A model generated the notes under the pieces. The model worked only from the letters and a program-made list of their open reading frames with translations, searched no databases and was not told the DNA's origin. This document shows positions 58,630-64,000 of a stretch of 64,000 bases of DNA, one piece after another. A program made the translations under genes and the position numbers. The stretch is taken from assembly GCF_009914755.1 (NCBI RefSeq), contig NC_060947.1; one strand, given 5' to 3'. Numbering within the stretch: position 1 is the first letter of the stretch; each line of letters opens with the position of its first letter. This DNA is from the human T2T-CHM13v2.0 reference genome, Homo sapiens.

Positions 58630-61600
58630 CAAGCCAGCTACTTCAAGATGGTAGGGAACATGGTAAGACATGCACAGTGAAAAGAAATATCTAAGCATGA
58701 GCTTATTACCTACTTCTTTTCTTGTGAAGTGGGTTCTTTGGTCAGAAGCATTGCTGTGTGGAATACCATGATGGTGATTAAGGCATTCTGTAAGTCCATG
58801 GATGGTAGTTCTGGCAGAAACATTGACTATATGGAAAGTAAATCCACATCCAGGGTAAGTGTCTATTCCAGTAAGGATGAAATACTGCTCCTTCCATGAT
58901 AGAAGCAGTCAAGTGTATCAACTTGCCACCAAGTAGATGCCTGATTACTCTGGGAATGTTGTCATATCAGAGGTTTGTATTTGTTTTTGTTGCTGGCAGA
59001 TTGGGGACTCAGTGGTGGCCTTAGCCAAGTTGGGCTTGGTGAGTTGCAGTTCATGTTGCTCACCTGATGCATAATCTTCATCCTTTTCACCAACACCAAC
59101 TTTGTTTATGAGCCCAATGGGCAATTATAGGGGTGGCTGGTGAAAGATGCTGATGGATATTTACAAAATGAGTCATTCTATCTACTTGATTATTGAAATT
59201 ATCCTCTAGTGAGATCACACTTTGATGAGCATTCACATGGGCCACATCTTCACATTCTTTGCCCATTCCGAGAGATTTATCTATGTAATTATTCCCCACA
59301 TTTCTTTGTCACCAATTTCTCAATCATATGTCTTTCAAGTCCCTGATTATCTCACCAAACCATTGACTATAGCCCATGAATTGTTATGTAATCACACGTC
59401 TGGCCATTTCTCCTTTCAAGCAAAATTAACAACAAAGTACAGTGCTGTGTCTAAGTTTCTGCCCACTGGGAAGGTTTGTTTTTTACCACTGTCTTCCAGG
59501 AATGTTCCAGAAATGGGCTGTTATGCTGCAGCTGTTCACTTTTGAGTGGTGCATGTGTATCATGAAGAACCATCTGTAATCCATGCCTGAGTCTTCTCTT
59601 CTTTTGTCAATTGAACCTAGGTCACTCCCCATGAGGACACAGGTATAAGCTGAGAGAGAGAAGACAGGACAGCAGGAGTAGACACCATGGGTATTAGGGC
59701 CACTTTTTTATATAACTTACTTATGCCTTTAGAACCTGTTTGCAGCTGGTCACATATATGCCACTTCCATTTTATGATGGAGTACTGCTGTATATGTTCA
59801 ACTCTGTGGCTTGGTGGGTAAGATAATACTCCATTCATGATAGGCAGCCCAGGTCGCATGGTAACTTGGTGACTTATGGTTGAGCATTTAGTTTCTCCTC
59901 AGACCCAGTAGCAGGCCAAGAGTGATCTCCCAAAAGAGAGTAGTTATTTGTGGATTATGGCAGTGACTTGCTCCAAAATTCTAAAGGCCTGCACAGCAAA
60001 TCATGTATAACAGCCTGCCACATACTCCAAACAGCATCTCTATCTGCTACTGACACCTCAAGCACCTTTGCATCTGCCATATATTATGGCTCATGTGGAA
60101 GAGAAACTTGGAGGGCAACCTGATGATATTGGAGAACCTTCTCCTGTTCTGGGCCCCACTCAGAACTAGCAGGTTTTTGGGCCACCCCATAAATGAACCA
60201 GAATAAGACAACCAAATTTGGAATTTGTAACTTCTAAAATCCAGATGAGCCCCCTAGACATTATGCTTCTTTCTCAGTTGTAGAATGGGCCAGATGCAAC
60301 AATGTATCCTTTACCTTAGAAGGAATATCTTGACATGCCTCACACCACTGGACCCCAAGAAATTTGACTTGGGTAGAAGGACAAATTCATTTACCACCCT
60401 CTGCATGCAAATGTCTTACCAATAAGTCTAGAGTCATTGCCACTTTTTGCTCCTATGTCCAATCAGTATAAGGTCATCAGTATAGTAGACCAGTGTGGTA
60501 TCTAGTGGAAGAAGACAGAAATCAAGATCCCTGCAAACTAAATTAGGACATAGGATTGGAGAGTTGATATACCCCTGAAGTAGAACAGTAGAGTTGTATT
60601 ACTGGCTTTGCCAGCTGAAAGCAAACTGCTTCTTGTGGGTCTTATGGAGAGATACGGAGAAAAAGGCATTTGCCAAGTTATTAGCTGCATACCAGGTACC
60701 AGGATATGTGTTCATTTGCTGTAGCAATAAAACCACATCTGGTACAGCAGCTTGAATTTGAGTTACCACTTGTTTTAAGTTTATAATAATCTTCTGTCAT
60801 TCTCCTGGATTCGTCTGTCTTCTTCACTGGGCAAATAGGCCAGTTGAATAGTGATGCGATGAGAGTCACCACCCCTGCATCTTTCAAGTCTTTGATGATG
60901 GCACTAATCTCTGCAATACCACCTGAAATCCAGTAGTGCTTTTGGTTTACTATTATCATGGGTAGAGGCAGGTCTAATGGCTTCCATTTGGCCTTTCACA
61001 CCATAATAAGCTTCACTTCACAGGTTAGAGAACTAATGTGGGGATTCTGCTAGATGCTAAGTATGTCTATTCCAGTTATGCATTCTGGAACTGGGGAACT
61101 AATCACAGGATGAGTTCAAAGATCCACTGGGCCCATTGTGAGATTAATCTAAGCTAAAACTCGATTGATTTCCTGACCTCTAAAGCTCCTAATCTTATAA
61201 ACCACAATTTTAGTCTCCTAGAATTAGGATCACTTCAGATTTAATGTCTAGTAGTCGCTGGAAAGTCTGATTATTTTCTTTTACCCAATGTACAGTTTCC
61301 CTGGTAAATGGCCATAGGACCCTTTGGGGAAGGCTGGGAGAAAGACTAAAGGTATATATTTTTAGTAATGTATCTTGTGCTCTTCATCATGAGGAGCTGG
61401 CCTACCCTTCATTCAAGAGTTTCTGTTTCTGTAAGCTGTCTGAATTCTGAGAATTGATTGAAGGGTCATGATTCTCTGATTTTATGCTTTGAGTGAAACT
61501 TTTCTTTAATTGACATGGAAGTTTTCTCCTCGTATTGGTCAAGTAAGACTTTAGTAGGCTTTTTATCTATTTCACTTCCAGTAATACCATGATCGATGCC

Positions 61601-63194
61601 ATAGATCCATGTAAGTCACGCTATCCTGATTCTTTTTCTGACTCTGATATCCATAATAGTAAGTATGCCAATCTTGTCTTTGGCAGTTGAGTGCTGCTAC
61701 TTGGCTCCTGCCTCCTTGGGATCCTATTACTCCCATTACATTTAAGTTTTTCATTTGAGTGACTAAAGTTCACACTGTAAGGTCTGGCCTGCAGAGAAAA
61801 GAAACCACAGAGCTCATCAAGGTTCTGGGGTTCCCCTCACAAATATATTTCTCATAGTATTGGTAAAATATATGTTTTCTGGACCCTCCCAGTATAAATG
61901 ATTAGGTTTTAAGTGACAAATCCACTGTAGCATTCCAATCTTCCTAAGCCTTTGAATCCCTTCCTCTATGTTAAAACAAGGGAGATTGGGCATCTCCAAC
62001 TGGTTCATAGTGGACCATTTTTTAATGCACATTCAGTTAAACAAATAAACAAATTGTTAGAGCCCTTTCTAACTCCCTGAACTGCAGTATTAAATGCAAA
62101 ATCACTGCTAAGTGGGCTTCTTACAGTAAATTTGGTCTGATCTAACTTTATGTTCCTTCCATCATTATCCCATACACTTAATTTCCATGTTATTACATTT
62201 TACCCAGATTTTCACTTGTATAAATTAGAAGACTCAAGTAGTTCTTTGCAGTGTGCTGAAACTACTCATGTGTCACACTTTGTACCTTGTCTATAGGGGC
62301 CTGCTAGAACTTGAGTCTAGTTATGGGTCTAGAAGAAAAGAAGGGTAGTGGGTGAGTCCTGAGGAGAATCATTGTCTGGCTTGATAACTGCCTCCCTGGA
62401 GGCCATTACTGTCTTTTCAGGCAGTGCAGTTAGATCCCTCAGGCAGAGGTGGTAAGGCCAATATCACTAGGAATGTGGAGGCTGCTGCTACTAGGAGTGG
62501 AGAAGGCACTTTCTCTGGAAAAAAGAAAAAAAGGGCTTATCAGAATGTAGAAGCTGTGCCCCAGCTTTATCTTCTCACACATCTCCTTCCCAACTTACAG
62601 AATCCTACTATTTCTCAATCAAAGCCCTCACTTTAACAGTAGACAGCCTACAAGGTTGGGGGTTCATCTTTCATTGTAATTCAACAATTTGCATGATGAG
62701 GAACTGTGTTTGATTTTTAACAGTTTTGCATGATGAGGAACTGTGTTCTGATTTTTAACAATAATAGGAGATAAGATTATCCTTCAGGGCACACCTAGAA
62801 GCTGTTAGATTATTTATACAGTGCTTGAGCTAGGAATTTAAATCCCTGAGCTAATCCTTTTATTTTATCACTTCATCCAGCAACATTAGGAGCAAACAAC
62901 CATCATTATATCTCTTAGTTTTCCACAAATACTTGAAAGTATCATATACAGAGTCACTAAGTTTCTTGCCTCTTATAAGTGGTTGATTAGGAATATCAAA
63001 GGCAAATATTTTGTGTATCTTTATATACAGTTCATACAATGGACAATCAGTGCTTTCTGTACTATTGGAAATAGAGTCCTTAGCATTTTTAAGTGTGATG
63101 ACATTAGAGAGCCAGTTCTAAAAATCTTCCAAAACCAATTTACAAAACTCATTCTTAAAATTTTATTTCTATAGAACCACTCCTGGTGCCAAAC
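58630..63194 (-). mobile_element. ERVL internal region (gag, pro, RT, RNase H, start of IN), degenerate
   Basis: Minus ORFs EEGIQRLRKIGML (gag), AIIKDLKDAGVV (RT), AHVNAHQ...FNNQVDRMT (RNase H). Confidence 0.88.
63174..63191 (-). promoter_or_regulatory. Primer binding site, tRNA-Leu type
   Basis: Minus strand tggcaccaggagtggttc a few nt inside the LTR, as in HERV-L. Confidence 0.8.
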
Positions 63195-63233
63195 TCTATT
63201 AGTCAACGTTCTCCAGAGAAACAGAACCAATAG

Positions 63234-63295
<62 letters not shown>
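63234..63295. repeat. (GATA)n microsatellite
   Basis: Directly visible. Confidence 0.97.
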
Positions 63296-63537
63296 CAGTC
63301 AGATAGATGAGAGGGGATTTATTATGAAAATGGGCTCACACTATTAAGGAGGCTAAGAAGTTCCACAGTATACTGTATGTGAGCTAGAGAACCAGAGAAG
63401 ACAATAGGTTAGCCCAATTCAAATCTGAAAGTCAGAATCAGAAGAACCAATGGTGTAACTCTTCAATCAAAGGCTAAGTGTCTGAGAATATGGGGAGCCG
63501 CTCATGCAGGTCCCAGAGGCCAAAAGCAAGAGAACCT

Positions 63538-63923
63538 TGTGTTAGTCCATTCTCACATTGCTTCAAATAACTACCTGAGACTGAGTAATTTACAAAGAAA
63601 CAGGTTAAATTGACTCATGGATACACAGGCTGTACAGGAAGCATGGTTGGGGAGGCCTCAGGAAACTTACAATCATGCCAGAAGCCAGAAGCCAAGGGGA
63701 AGCTAGCACGTCTTACGTGGCTGTAGCAGGAGGAAGAGAGAGTAAAGAGGGAAGTACCACACAGTTTTCAAACAACCAGATCTTGTGAGAATTCTGTCAC
63801 AAGAACAGCAAGGGGGATGTCTGCCCCCATGATTCAATAACCTCCCACTAGGCCCCTCCTCCAACACTGGGAACCACAACTCAACATGGGATTTTGGTGG
63901 GGACACAAAGCCAAACCATATCA
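63538..63923 (-). mobile_element. MSTA-like MaLR solo LTR
   Basis: tgtgttagtccattctc...ccaaaccatatca; TSD aacc(t/a) at 63533-63537 and 63924-63928. Confidence 0.92.
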
Positions 63924-64000
63924 AACCACAAGGCCCAATGTCCAAAGGTAGGAGAAGATGAATGTCCCACCTCCAGATCAGAGAATAAATTCAACTTTGT

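Larger units (their letters stand above)
63195..64000 (-). mobile_element. MLT2 5' LTR, interrupted by an MST LTR and running off the window
   Basis: tattagtcaacgttctccagagaaacagaaccaatagga followed by the family-typical microsatellite. Confidence 0.88.

Overview
Primate (hominid, since it contains an SVA; probably human) genomic DNA made almost entirely of nested transposable elements, with no intact cellular gene or RNA gene recognised. The one gene-derived feature is a TSD-flanked processed copy of TLE1 (34118-36892) inside a full-length L1MA2-like element. It derives from the short, intronically polyadenylated Q+GP isoform and carries about 1.55 kb of CpG-island sequence upstream of the ATG. 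The rest comprises L1s of many ages, an SVA, nine Alus, MaLR, MER4 and MLT2 LTRs, two ERVL internal regions, MER5, MIR and simple repeats. Notable L1 structures are a full-length L1PA2/3 with a 3' transduction, a twin-primed L1PA4/5 whose whole 5' 4.9 kb is inverted, a target site hit by both an L1 and the SVA, and a 5'-only L1 insertion. Subfamily names come from remembered diagnostic motifs, not a RepeatMasker run. Boundaries without a TSD are approximate.
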